Positions 1 through 9,978 of a DNA stretch of 64,000 nucleotides are shown piece by piece. Under the pieces are notes generated by a model. It was not told the DNA's origin. It saw nothing but the letters and a program-made list of their open reading frames with translations, and made no database searches. Each line of letters starts with the position of its first letter. Within the stretch, counting starts at the first letter, position 1. Origin of the DNA: a virus. A program made the translations under genes and the position numbers. Where the stretch lies: positions 1-64,000 of IMG/VR virus record IMGVR_UViG_3300030202_002773; one strand, written 5' to 3'.

Positions 1-2
1 AA

Positions 3-494
3 CCAGATTGGTTAAATAAAACCGCTGATGCTTCAGCAGGTGCAACAGTTGTATTCTCAGGAGCAGTTAGAGGTGATGTAGCTTATAGTGCAAACACTTG
101 GGATTACGAACCAGTACAAATTAAACTAATTGTAGAAAGTTATGATGGTGGTACGCAAACTCATACTGCTTCAGCTACTACAGGAGGTTCAACAGGATAC
201 GGTGACGGATTTGCAGTAAGAGCTTTTGAAGAAAGTTTACAAGGAACATCTCACGGATTCTACATGAGAGGTCACTTACCACAGCAACCTACTTTAGAGT
301 CTGTAACAGGTTCTAACTATGACATGTATTCAATTGTAGCAACTAAAGATGGTTCATCTCACTCTCAAATTAATGGAGTAGATAACTTAATAGAGCTTAA
401 TGTTGCAGCAATAGCAGGTGATGCTGACAGCTTAATCTTTGAAAATAAACTTAACGCATATTTCACTGGTAATTTCCCAGCTGTAATACTGTAA
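3..494 (+). CDS. 5'-truncated capsid-associated structural protein (crAss gene-75/auxiliary capsid-like), C-terminal part
   Basis: Frame is open from position 3 (PDWLNKTADASAG...GYGDGFAVRAFEESLQGTSHGFYMRGHLP...) to TAA at 494, so the 264 ATG in the ORF track is internal. G-x-G...V...E...G...Y-x-R..P pattern and position at the head of the structural block fit the crAss protein encoded after the major capsid protein. Confidence 0.6.
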   Translation, partial: PDWLNKTADASAGATVVFSGAVRGDVAYSANTWDYEPVQIKLIVESYDGGTQTHTASATTGGSTGYGDGFAVRAFEESLQGTSHGFYMRGHLPQQPTLESVTGSNYDMYSIVATKDGSSHSQINGVDNLIELNVAAIAGDADSLIFENKLNAYFTGNFPAVIL

Positions 495-521
495 TTATTA
501 ATCTTATAAAATAAATAAAAA

Positions 522-905
522 ATGGCAAATTCAAATATAAATTATGGTTACGTATCTGCAAGGTACCTAGCAAGTGATGGTGTTACAGTGGCAACACAAA
601 CATTAGCAACTACTAGTAATGTTCCTAATGGTGCAATTATCACATCAACAACTGTAATTGCAAGAGGAGCTGTTGCTTCAGGTGGTAGTGCAACAATTTC
701 AATTATTGCAGGTGGTGTTACTACTACATCAGCAATTGCAAAAGCAAAATTAGATACAGCAAACTATGTAGTTAGAGAGGATGTTGTAGAAGATGCAGCA
801 GCAGTTTCTGATGGTACAGCAATTAAAGTAGCAGTTGGTACTGCAGCTTTAACTGGAGGTACAGCAGATTTAGACATTATTGTAGAATACGTCCTAATAG
901 GATAA
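522..905 (+). CDS. small Ala/Thr/Val-rich beta-structured virion (head decoration-like) protein
   Basis: 127 aa, A-rich start context, ends ...LDIIVEYVLIG; lies between the capsid-associated gene and a strong terminator. Confidence 0.55.
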   Translation: MANSNINYGYVSARYLASDGVTVATQTLATTSNVPNGAIITSTTVIARGAVASGGSATISIIAGGVTTTSAIAKAKLDTANYVVREDVVEDAAAVSDGTAIKVAVGTAALTGGTADLDIIVEYVLIG

Positions 906-919
906 TCTACATTTAACAT

Positions 920-962
920 AAGACTTATAGGGGGCATTAGTCCCCCTATCGGTCTTTTTTTT
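920..962 (+). terminator. rho-independent terminator closing the capsid transcript
   Basis: agac-ttat-aggggg cattagt ccccct-atc-ggtct followed by a T run: GC stem plus U tract directly after the 522-905 gene. Confidence 0.85.
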
Positions 963-976
963 AAAATTAAAAAATT

Positions 977-1510
977 ATGGCACTATCTTTAAATGCAGCA
1001 GATGGATGTAAATACTTATCAGTAATTATAAACTATACTGCTACCTCAACTACTGTTTTAGGATTAAATATACTTGATGCTGATGGCTCAAGTGTAGCAG
1101 GAACAGTTGCTCCAACATTTACTATAACACCTGGTTCAGGTCCTATTAGTTATCCTATACCTGTTTCTGATTTAACTATTTCAAATGGAATAGTTACTGT
1201 AGTTCTAACGTCTCAAACAGGAAATGCGATACCAGGAGGGCAAGAGTCAGCATTATTACATTGTGATATTGACTGTTGTTTAACTAAATTAACTAATGAA
1301 CTTATAGATTGTGCTTGTGATTGTGCTAAATGTGCATCATCATTAGCAAAAGCTCAAAAAGTATATTTATTAATTACATCAGCTGATTATGCTATTATAC
1401 AAGCTAATGAAGGGTCAGACAGTGCAAGACCAGGATTTATAAAAGACGCAAAAACTAAATACTTAAAAGCAAAAGAAATCTGCGATGAAAGTTGCGGATG
1501 TAATTGTTAA
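977..1510 (+). CDS. collar/ring structural protein (crAss gene-74-like), Cys-rich C-terminus
   Basis: HCDIDCCLTKL...DCACDCAKC...EICDESCGCNC; a helical C-terminal domain ending in CGC at this position is typical of crAss-like ring proteins. Confidence 0.55.
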   Translation: MALSLNAADGCKYLSVIINYTATSTTVLGLNILDADGSSVAGTVAPTFTITPGSGPISYPIPVSDLTISNGIVTVVLTSQTGNAIPGGQESALLHCDIDCCLTKLTNELIDCACDCAKCASSLAKAQKVYLLITSADYAIIQANEGSDSARPGFIKDAKTKYLKAKEICDESCGCNC

Positions 1511-1527
1511 AATAAATAAATATATAT

Positions 1528-4500
1528 ATGGCTCCAGATGATTATGAATATGATGACACGCCTGAAGAAGAAGAAGGAAGTTCAGAAGATCTTTATCGAC
1601 ACGATTCAGATGTAGAAGATACTAGTGAAGATATTGACTATAGTGATGTTATTGAGGTTGAACCTGAACAGTCATCTGATATTATACAAACTATATACGA
1701 AGGTAAACCTACTCAAGCTAATAAAGCTAAAGGTACTCCAGCCCCAAGACATAATATAATAAAAGCTGAAGCTATTTATGGTTCTGGGCAAAGTTCTGGA
1801 TCAACTGTTGTAACAATAAATATAAAACCAACTGGTGCTGGACCTCAATGGGATTTTGTAGTAAATTTAACAGATGTTACTTCCGGAACATACGCAGCTC
1901 AACCAGATCAAGTAGATAATAATACAACTCTTAATCATATACAATTAAGCTATTATACTGTTAGTGGAGGAGCGTCAAGTCCTGCTTGTCAAGTAGGTGC
2001 ACATACAAGAAACTATGAAGCTACATTTAATTCAGGACATGTAGAAGATTTTTCAATATTAGTTCCTGGATATTATAATAGTGTTGGTTATTATTTTAGT
2101 CAATACACTTTTATAGGTAATACAACTAATGAGGTTTATCCTTGTGCTGATCCTAATCCTGATTTTAGATTTCATGTAGGTAGAGTTTGGAGTACGGTAA
2201 ACGCAGTATCAGGAAATTTATTGGAACTTACTCAAATTGATGTAATTGATGACCCTAGTAATTTATGGACAAATGGAGCTTCTCTTGTTCAATTTTCAAG
2301 TGGTAAACCTGTTGAATTTACATTAATGGGAAATGGAGGTATAGGTTCTGATAATTTCTATCTAGCAAATGTAAATGGAGGTGGTACTGCCTCAACATAT
2401 AATGTTGATCCAAATCAATTTTTAAGGCAAAAAGTACGAAGTATTGTTGCTATAATAGATGATGGAATTCATCCAGCTGCCCCAACTGCATTTGCAGGTT
2501 TTAATACAATTCCTAACTCTGGATTAAATTGGTCAGAAGTAGAATATGGGTTTGGTCCTAATCAATGGTTTACTAATTATAATGTAGGGGGTAATTTTCC
2601 TTTTGTTAGTTTTATTGAGTATGCTGAACATTTACCAGATTGTGATCCTACTACATTTGCTATTGATGCATGTTTAGATGTTAATTCTATGTCCTATTAT
2701 GGGTATACTGATAATGATTGTACTGGTACAACAATAGCTTCTAATATTTTAGCAAATCCAAGTTTAGCTGTTTGGACTCAACCTGCAGGGTGTTGTCCAG
2801 ATTGTATTAATCCTTTACATAGAAGTGATCCTAATACTTATAGTCCACTCCCTTTAATGATCAGTGCTGAATCTGTTAATCCAACTACTCCTGCAGGATC
2901 AGATGGTTATATAAATATAACTGTACTAGATGGAGGATTTACTCCTGCTGGTCAACCTATGGGATTCATTACAGGTGTAGCAAATTATACATATGTTTTA
3001 AGAAATCAGGATCCAACTGATGATATGATGAGCCAAACTGCAGGAAAAGCTGTTAGTTCTGGAGCTGTTTCTTCTACTGGTTTTACTTTTGGGCATAGTG
3101 TTGCTGCTACTAATAATAATGGAGGTTTAATACAAACAGGCGCAGCAGGAACTACTACTATTACTACTTCTGCTGCTCAGGGATATGTTCCTGGAGGCAG
3201 TGATATAGGAACAGGTGCAATTAGTGAAGGACTTAAAGCAGGGACTTATGATGTATTTGTATTTGATTCAAGTACAACTGTTTGTTTAGCAAGAACTACA
3301 GTTAATCTGCAAGACCCATCTCCAGTTGCTGGTTGTACGGATTCTAATGCATTAAATTTTAATTCTTTAGCTACTGTTGCAAATAATACTACTTGTCATT
3401 ATTGTGACGCTTCTACTGGAGAACTAGTTGATGGTAATACTCCAGCTGTTATAGTAGCACCTATAAATACAGTTAGTGGTTCACCATTTAATATACTAAC
3501 CTATCCAACACATACTACAGCTACAAATACTGTAGTTGATATTTCAGGTCTTAGTCCAACCACTCAATTTCAAGCTTACATAAATGATGTTGTTAGTGCC
3601 TCTGGTGCTCAGAATGCTAATTACATAGTATCATTACATAAGTGGACTACTCAAAGTTCTAGTGGTAGTTATGCTGCTAGTTCTACTATAGGTACAATTA
3701 CTTCTAATACAGGTTCTGGTTGGAATGTAACTTTAAGTAATTCTACTTTAGGGGCAGGTCTTACATATGGTTATTATAGTATAAAAATATCAATAAGTGA
3801 TCCAGATGCTACCGTAGAAATTGAACAATGTTACGAGATTATAGATTTTATAATTCCAGTACCAGCCTGTGTAGATGCTGGAGTAGCTACCGCTCAAGAC
3901 GGTGTTATAGTTTCAGATGCAAATTTATATTTCCATGATCAAACAATTTGTAATTTAGGTTCTAATACTTGTTGTAATGTAGTACATTTTACAGCTAATC
4001 ACATAAATGATTATTGTTCTGTTATAAAGTATAAACCTACAATTACTTGCCCTTTAGCAACTTATTACCATGAAATAACTTTACAGTATTATGATAATGG
4101 GTCTTGGGTAGATGTACCTGGTACAACTTTAGATTTTGGAAATATTAATAATAGTTCAATAACATATCCTAACACTTGGACTCCAGGTTTTATATTTACA
4201 TTTAATCATTTTGTTATTAATGGAAGTGGAGGTTATAGGGTAAAATGGACAAGTATAATTCCAAATAATAGTGCTTGTACTTTATATAGTAATGCAGAGC
4301 AAGTAACATTTGGTGTTTATGGGTGTACTGACTCTTCAGTAGATCAAAATGGAAATCAAGCTCTTAATTATAATCCGTTAGCGACTTGTCCTGAAGCTTG
4401 TGTATGGTGTATATATGGATGTACTACTCCTGGTTATTCAAATTATGATCCAAATGCTACATGTGATGATGGTTCATGTATTGGAAATGTTTACGGTTGT

Positions 4501-5871
4501 ACAGATCCTACTGCATCTAATTATAATCCGCTAGCAACTCAGGATGATGGCTCATGTGTATATAATAATTGTGGATGTACAGATGCTTTTGCTTATAATT
4601 GGGGAGTAAATTGTGCAGGTCAAGTTGTAGCATCGGGTACAACACCTCCACCATGTGATGATGGATGTTGTTTATATTGTGATGATCCTGCAATGACTTA
4701 TACTTCAGCAACTGTTGCAGCAACAACTACTTTAATTCCTTCTGGAAGTGGATTTTATTGTCAATCAAATTCAGACGGATGTATAAAACTTACTGTAAGT
4801 TCTACAACATGTACTGGGCAATGGGAACTTTTTTCATGTACTACATACTGTGGAATATCTCAATCTTATAACTATTGGATTACTCCTGGTAATTATGATT
4901 ATGATGTTGAATATTCATTTTGTAATTTACCTGCAGGATGTTATACATTTACTATATATGATTGTAATGGATGTGAATTGATATTTGATGTATGTGTTCC
5001 AAGTGTTGGAAATGTTTGTGGATGTACTGATCCAGCTGCTATTAATTATAATGCTGGTGCTATATATGATGATGGTTCATGTGAATATTGCGGATGTACA
5101 GATGAGAATGCAATTAATTATAATCCACAAGCAACTCAAAATTGTATACCTGATACTTGTGAATATCCGTCATTATTACCTCCGTGCATACCTCCAAATA
5201 TAGATCAAACTATTAGAAGACTTGAAACATGTATAGCAGAAAACGGATTTGATTATTACAATAAACTAGTTACAGGCCAAGCTGATGATTGTTCTATAAT
5301 GAATGTTTGGAAACTAATGTTAATGGCTTATTTATTAAAACGAAAAGGCTTAGACTGTATTTATAATTGTGCAGATGCAAATACTCCTAATCCTGCAGAT
5401 GTATATAAGTCTTGTGACGAGATTTGGGTTACTGGAGGACCTAGTACAGGATTAAATGATTCTGCTGTTACAGGAACAGGAGTTGGAACTACATCTACTG
5501 TAACTTTATTTGCAATAGGTGGAACTGGAGAATTAACTCCTGGAGATGTAATAAAACACCACATTAGTGGAAATATTTGGATATTTTATGGACCAGGACA
5601 AAATGGTACGCCTACACCAGTTAGTGTGGCAGGACTAGATCCAGAGAATGCTTCTGGAAGTATATCAGGATATTGGGCTTGGTGTAATGATGCTATGAAA
5701 TATACATCAAATAATAATAATATTAATTATATAGATAATTTTATTACCTTTGCAAATAAGTTTTGTAGAGACTGTGGTAATGATCCAAGAGGATTAACTG
5801 GTAGCGCATCAAATTTAAATATTCCAATAATTCAGCAAGGAATAGATGGAATAGAAGATATAGAAATATAA
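1528..5871 (+). CDS. 1447-aa Cys-rich virion protein with GCTD..NY..A..DDGSC repeats and ring-protein-like helical C-terminus
   Basis: Acidic N-terminus, Ser/Thr/Gly beta-rich modules, ~7 GC(T)D repeats, C-terminal helical domain (CIAENGFDYYNKLVTG...WKLMLMAYLLKR...FANKFCRDC). Confidence 0.6.
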   Translation: MAPDDYEYDDTPEEEEGSSEDLYRHDSDVEDTSEDIDYSDVIEVEPEQSSDIIQTIYEGKPTQANKAKGTPAPRHNIIKAEAIYGSGQSSGSTVVTINIKPTGAGPQWDFVVNLTDVTSGTYAAQPDQVDNNTTLNHIQLSYYTVSGGASSPACQVGAHTRNYEATFNSGHVEDFSILVPGYYNSVGYYFSQYTFIGNTTNEVYPCADPNPDFRFHVGRVWSTVNAVSGNLLELTQIDVIDDPSNLWTNGASLVQFSSGKPVEFTLMGNGGIGSDNFYLANVNGGGTASTYNVDPNQFLRQKVRSIVAIIDDGIHPAAPTAFAGFNTIPNSGLNWSEVEYGFGPNQWFTNYNVGGNFPFVSFIEYAEHLPDCDPTTFAIDACLDVNSMSYYGYTDNDCTGTTIASNILANPSLAVWTQPAGCCPDCINPLHRSDPNTYSPLPLMISAESVNPTTPAGSDGYINITVLDGGFTPAGQPMGFITGVANYTYVLRNQDPTDDMMSQTAGKAVSSGAVSSTGFTFGHSVAATNNNGGLIQTGAAGTTTITTSAAQGYVPGGSDIGTGAISEGLKAGTYDVFVFDSSTTVCLARTTVNLQDPSPVAGCTDSNALNFNSLATVANNTTCHYCDASTGELVDGNTPAVIVAPINTVSGSPFNILTYPTHTTATNTVVDISGLSPTTQFQAYINDVVSASGAQNANYIVSLHKWTTQSSSGSYAASSTIGTITSNTGSGWNVTLSNSTLGAGLTYGYYSIKISISDPDATVEIEQCYEIIDFIIPVPACVDAGVATAQDGVIVSDANLYFHDQTICNLGSNTCCNVVHFTANHINDYCSVIKYKPTITCPLATYYHEITLQYYDNGSWVDVPGTTLDFGNINNSSITYPNTWTPGFIFTFNHFVINGSGGYRVKWTSIIPNNSACTLYSNAEQVTFGVYGCTDSSVDQNGNQALNYNPLATCPEACVWCIYGCTTPGYSNYDPNATCDDGSCIGNVYGCTDPTASNYNPLATQDDGSCVYNNCGCTDAFAYNWGVNCAGQVVASGTTPPPCDDGCCLYCDDPAMTYTSATVAATTTLIPSGSGFYCQSNSDGCIKLTVSSTTCTGQWELFSCTTYCGISQSYNYWITPGNYDYDVEYSFCNLPAGCYTFTIYDCNGCELIFDVCVPSVGNVCGCTDPAAINYNAGAIYDDGSCEYCGCTDENAINYNPQATQNCIPDTCEYPSLLPPCIPPNIDQTIRRLETCIAENGFDYYNKLVTGQADDCSIMNVWKLMLMAYLLKRKGLDCIYNCADANTPNPADVYKSCDEIWVTGGPSTGLNDSAVTGTGVGTTSTVTLFAIGGTGELTPGDVIKHHISGNIWIFYGPGQNGTPTPVSVAGLDPENASGSISGYWAWCNDAMKYTSNNNNINYIDNFITFANKFCRDCGNDPRGLTGSASNLNIPIIQQGIDGIEDIEI
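5723..5753 (+). promoter_or_regulatory. possible Bacteroidota sigma-A-type promoter inside the 3' end of the 1447-aa gene
   Basis: TACCTTTGC (TAnnTTTG -7 box) at 5745-5753, ~130 nt upstream of the 5884 start; only a weak TTA at the -33 position. Confidence 0.3.
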
Positions 5872-5883
5872 AAAAATAAAAAA

Positions 5884-7365
5884 ATGGCAAAATTAACCGA
5901 CTTAACAACGTTAGCAAAAACAAGTGTAGGAAATAATGATTATTTTCTAGTAACTAATAGTAGCACAGGATCATCTAAAAGACTTTCAGTAGCTTCTTTA
6001 TTTCCTGCAGTTTCAACAGCAGGTACTAGTAGTGAGACACTTTATAATAGTGCAACGTTAACAAATAAAAATCAAATAGTTTTTAAAGGAATAAAAAGTG
6101 GAGATACAGGATTATTAACTGTAGCTACTACTTCTAGTAATATAGTATTAACAGCTTTAGAAGCTGGGATAGATCTTAGTTTATGTAACAACGTAACTTC
6201 AGGATTTTTAACTTCTGTAGATTTTACTGGTGCAGCAACTGGAGAATGTGGTGTAACAAACGGAGGTACAGGGTTATCTACTATAGCTAAAGGCGCAATG
6301 CTTTATGCTAGTGCAACTGATACAATAACAGCTACTTCAGCAATGTCTACAAACGGGCAATTACTTATAGGTAATGCTACTACAGGAGTACCTTCTTTAG
6401 CAACACTTACTGCAGGAACTAATATAACAATTACTAATACTGCAGGAGCTATTTCTATAGCAGCTAGTTTATCTACTCTTGCAGGAATATTAGATATGGC
6501 TAATAATAATATAGATTTAGGTACTGCATATATAAGTGCTGACGGATCTACTAGTCAAGGTATAAGAGTAACTGGAGCTAATACTTATATAGGAGCATCA
6601 GGATCTTATTTTAATAACGACATATTAAATATAGGAGGTGGAGGTATTGAATTTTCTGATGCTGCAACTATAAATCCTACAGCTCAAACATCTAGTACTG
6701 CAGGAAAAGCATTAACAATTCAAAGTGGAAATAGTGCATCAGCTGCAGCAGGAGCTTTAAATATAACTGGTGGTACTGCATCAGGAAGTGGAGCTGGAGG
6801 AACAATTACTTTAACAGCAGGTAGAGATACTTCTGGAAGTTCAGACGGATCAATTATTATGAAGACTTATACAGGAGGTACAGCAACTGCAGCTTTAACT
6901 ATAGATCCAGAAGGACAAGACCTAACAGTTAATACTGGAGATGTAATTATGTCAACTGGAAATGTATATATGAGAAATTCATCTAATCCAGATGTAATTA
7001 AATATCAAGGAACTCAAGCAACTACAGATGATGGTACTGCAGTAGTAACAGCAGCTAATATATTAACAGGTATAATACAATGTACTCCAACAGGAGATAG
7101 ATCTAAAGCTACAGATACAGCATCTAATTTAATATCAGGATTAAGTTTAAATGCAGATGGTGATGCATTTGATTTTAGTTTGATTAGTTTAGCTACAGAT
7201 GGTACATCTGATATTACTCTTACAGCGGGAACAAGTGTAACACTTGTAGGTAATATGAAAGTAAAATCACAAGATAATGCTGATGATGCAGGATATGCAG
7301 GTGTAGGAAGATTTAGAATTGCAAGAACAGGTGGTAGTGCTGTAACAATGTTTAGAATAGGATAA
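5884..7365 (+). CDS. tail fibre/spike-like protein
   Basis: N-terminal KLTDLTTL...NDYFLV...SKRLSV fibre-attachment-type motif, NGGTG and GQLLIGN fibre motifs, Gly/Thr/Ala-rich LTIQSG/LNITGG/ITLTAG repeats. Confidence 0.7.
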   Translation: MAKLTDLTTLAKTSVGNNDYFLVTNSSTGSSKRLSVASLFPAVSTAGTSSETLYNSATLTNKNQIVFKGIKSGDTGLLTVATTSSNIVLTALEAGIDLSLCNNVTSGFLTSVDFTGAATGECGVTNGGTGLSTIAKGAMLYASATDTITATSAMSTNGQLLIGNATTGVPSLATLTAGTNITITNTAGAISIAASLSTLAGILDMANNNIDLGTAYISADGSTSQGIRVTGANTYIGASGSYFNNDILNIGGGGIEFSDAATINPTAQTSSTAGKALTIQSGNSASAAAGALNITGGTASGSGAGGTITLTAGRDTSGSSDGSIIMKTYTGGTATAALTIDPEGQDLTVNTGDVIMSTGNVYMRNSSNPDVIKYQGTQATTDDGTAVVTAANILTGIIQCTPTGDRSKATDTASNLISGLSLNADGDAFDFSLISLATDGTSDITLTAGTSVTLVGNMKVKSQDNADDAGYAGVGRFRIARTGGSAVTMFRIG

Positions 7366-7394
7366 AATTAATAATAACAAAAACAATAGACAAA

Positions 7395-7808
7395 ATGACA
7401 ACAATTAATGCAACAAAAGCAGAATTTGTAAATTTAATCAATGGATTATTTCAAGTTCAAGAATTAAAAGGTAAAAAATTTGGATTAGTAATAAGTAAAA
7501 ATATTGCTACTTTAAAAAAAGAATTACAACATCTGGAAGATTTAGGAAAACCTTCTGAAGAATTTATGGAATTAGCAATGAAAGTTAATGAAATTTCTCA
7601 GTCAGATCCTGAAAATTCTAAAGAAAAAATAGACAAGTTAGAAAAAGAAAATGAAGAATTAGTAAAACTTAGAAGAGATCAAATGGACAATATAACAGAA
7701 CTTATGAAAGACAAAATGTCTATAGATCTTAAAATTATTTCTGAAGATATTTTACCAGATGACATTACTGCTAAACAAATTAATAATATTGAAAAAATAA
7801 TAAAATAA
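7395..7808 (+). CDS. helical protein, probable tail-fibre assembly chaperone
   Basis: 137 aa, charged and helical, directly after the fibre gene; function inferred from position. Confidence 0.4.
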   Translation: MTTINATKAEFVNLINGLFQVQELKGKKFGLVISKNIATLKKELQHLEDLGKPSEEFMELAMKVNEISQSDPENSKEKIDKLEKENEELVKLRRDQMDNITELMKDKMSIDLKIISEDILPDDITAKQINNIEKIIK

Positions 7809-8095
7809 TGGCAATAAGAACAGAACAAGATGCATTAATAGATGGTATAAGAACAAGTGTAGATAAAGGATTTGCTCCTCAAGGATTTGTAATGATTACA
7901 GGAACTGCAGCTCAATCAGTAGCTTCTGGAACATACTTTGCAGTACATTTCGTTACTGATTGTACTTTAACGGCATTTACAGCAACTAATTCAACTACAG
8001 TAACTGTTACACATAAAGCAGGATCAACTATATATGGTGACATTTTAACAATTACAGCTGGTAGTAGTGAAACATATATGTTATATAAAAACTAA
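7808..8095 (+). CDS. small beta-rich virion protein
   Basis: 95 aa, TAATG-coupled to the upstream gene; AGSTIYGDI...YMLY ending. Confidence 0.5.
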   Translation: MAIRTEQDALIDGIRTSVDKGFAPQGFVMITGTAAQSVASGTYFAVHFVTDCTLTAFTATNSTTVTVTHKAGSTIYGDILTITAGSSETYMLYKN

Positions 8096-8101
8096 TAAAA
8101 T

Positions 8102-8887
8102 ATGTTAGGATTAGGAATAAGTTTAAGTAGTAGTGGAACAGTATCTTCAGGAGGTATAGCTCCATCTGATATATCTGGACTAGACGCTTGGTTTAGAGTT
8201 AACAAAGGTATAGCTGGAGCGAGTAACACATCAGACGCTGGTAATATGGTTGACGGGGAAGATATTGCTTCTTGGGCAGATCAATCTGGAAATAATAGAC
8301 ATGCTTCTCAATCAACCGACTCTAAAAAACCACATTGGGAAACTGACGCGGCTGATTTTGGAGGGTTACATTGGCCAGACGATGTTGCAGACACTCATCT
8401 AAATTTAGCTTCTAATGTATCTATAAACGCTAATCAAGATTTTACTGTTATGGTAAGAATGAAATTTGCTAACTTTGATACAGCCCAAGGACTAGTAGCA
8501 TCTGGCCCTCAAGATGTTATTAAATGGACAACTAATAAAAGAGTAGCGGTTATACTAGGAGGGTCTGGTGCTACTGAATTTGAAGAAGCTTCAGATACAT
8601 TAGCTGCAGATACTTATTATATTCATACTCTTACTAGAAAAGATGGAAGTACAGGAAACTTAACGTATCATATACATGGAGGAACTTACAGTGATAAGTT
8701 TTGGGAAAATGACTTGTCTACTCGTCAAGATGCAGATGCTTTTTTTATGAACAATATAGGTTGTGCTGCAGACGGAGTCTTACCAGTAGACGGTGTAATT
8801 AAAGATGTTATATTTTGGAAAGGAACAGCTTTAAGTGACTCAGAAAGAAATGATATGTATACATATATAAATGGACAAGCATATTAA
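8102..8887 (+). CDS. concanavalin A/LamG-like lectin-domain virion protein
   Basis: MLGLGISL start, LDAWF, WADQSGNNRHASQ, DFTVMV, GVIKDVIFW...ALSDSERNDMYTY are LamG-like phage lectin motifs. Confidence 0.7.
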   Translation: MLGLGISLSSSGTVSSGGIAPSDISGLDAWFRVNKGIAGASNTSDAGNMVDGEDIASWADQSGNNRHASQSTDSKKPHWETDAADFGGLHWPDDVADTHLNLASNVSINANQDFTVMVRMKFANFDTAQGLVASGPQDVIKWTTNKRVAVILGGSGATEFEEASDTLAADTYYIHTLTRKDGSTGNLTYHIHGGTYSDKFWENDLSTRQDADAFFMNNIGCAADGVLPVDGVIKDVIFWKGTALSDSERNDMYTYINGQAY

Positions 8888-8912
8888 TAATTAATAATTA
8901 AAATTAAAAATA

Positions 8913-9083
8913 ATGAATTGGATAAATGGTTTTAAAGCTACAAATAAAAAAGAAAAATATAAATTAGAATTTAGAATTGGTACTTTTACATTACTAGAAA
9001 TTAAACTTTGCGTATGCGAAAAAAAATCTTGTGAATGTTCTAGATTTAGATTTATGATTTGTAACTTAGGATTTGAATTCTAG
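8913..9083 (+). CDS. 56-aa small Cys-containing protein (absent from ORF track)
   Basis: MNWINGFKATNKKEKYKLEFRIGTFTLLEIKLCVCEKKSCECSRFRFMICNLGFEF*; A-rich start context; fills the gap and ends 1 nt before the next ATG. Confidence 0.7.
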   Translation: MNWINGFKATNKKEKYKLEFRIGTFTLLEIKLCVCEKKSCECSRFRFMICNLGFEF

Positions 9084-9084
9084 T

Positions 9085-9294
9085 ATGCCTATTACTAATA
9101 AGCAAATACATGACGAATTAAAAGATCTTAAAGAAGACGTAAGATTTATTAAAAAAAAGTTATTAGATCCAGATGATGGAACTATAGCTAGAGTAAATAG
9201 AAATACAGATTTTAGAAAATCAACAACAAAAGTATTGTGGTCTTTATGGATTGCAATCTTAGGAATAATTGGTAAAATAACATTTTGGAATTAA
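9085..9294 (+). CDS. small coiled-coil plus C-terminal TM protein (holin/XhlA-like)
   Basis: ATG at 9085 preferred over TTG at 9073; coiled coil IHDELKDLKEDV, TM VLWSLWIAILGIIG. Confidence 0.55.
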   Translation: MPITNKQIHDELKDLKEDVRFIKKKLLDPDDGTIARVNRNTDFRKSTTKVLWSLWIAILGIIGKITFWN

Positions 9295-9295
9295 T

Positions 9296-9619
9296 ATGGC
9301 AAAAGAATTAAACGAAGATACTACGTTTAAAATGAGTATCAAAACAATGGGTATGATAGCTGCTGGAATAGCAGTTGTTGTTGGAGGATGGTATTCACTC
9401 ATGTCTGAAATACAAGAAGCAAAAGAAAGTCCTGTACCTATAGATGTTAATATTATTAAAGAAGAAATTTTAAAAGAAATTCCAGAAGCTGAAATATCTA
9501 GGATGGAGTTTGATATGAAAGATCAAATGATTAGACAAACTATTATGACAACTCAATCAGACATAGAGGAAATGAAAAAGACTCTAGAAAAAATTGAAGA
9601 CAAACTCTACAACAGATGA
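9296..9619 (+). CDS. N-terminally membrane-anchored coiled-coil protein
   Basis: TM MGMIAAGIAVVVGGWYSLM then coiled coil ...DIEEMKKTLEKIEDKL; ATGA-coupled to the next gene. Confidence 0.6.
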   Translation: MAKELNEDTTFKMSIKTMGMIAAGIAVVVGGWYSLMSEIQEAKESPVPIDVNIIKEEILKEIPEAEISRMEFDMKDQMIRQTIMTTQSDIEEMKKTLEKIEDKLYNR

Positions 9620-9978
9620 AAAAACTAGACGTTACTTGGCAAATATTTACAATGTATATGTTAATTATAATATTTATGTTAGTAGCGGGAGTTTCTAAAG
9701 CGCAAATACAAGTATCTGTTTTTAACGCTAGTTGGAACGAAGCCAACAATATTGAGTGGGCTTCAGACTTAAAAGATGTTAAAACAACATCTTATATAGA
9801 TATAAGTAAAAATACAGAGCTACAAAAAAAACATAAAATAGCAGTTGTGCCTACAATTATAATATTCAAAGATGATGAAGAAGTTGCTAGGTTTCAAGCT
9901 GATCTTAGTTTTAAAATGATAGCAACAAGAGAAGAAGTACAAGAAGAAATAGATAACTTATTAATGAGTGATTTTTAA
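9616..9978 (+). CDS. exported thioredoxin-fold protein lacking CxxC
   Basis: Signal/TM ending SKAQ; FNASWNEAN replaces FxAxWCxxC; YIDISKNTELQKKHKIAVVPTIIIFKDDEEVARF matches the thioredoxin core with cis-Pro (VPT); no Cys at all. Confidence 0.7.
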   Translation: MKKLDVTWQIFTMYMLIIIFMLVAGVSKAQIQVSVFNASWNEANNIEWASDLKDVKTTSYIDISKNTELQKKHKIAVVPTIIIFKDDEEVARFQADLSFKMIATREEVQEEIDNLLMSDF

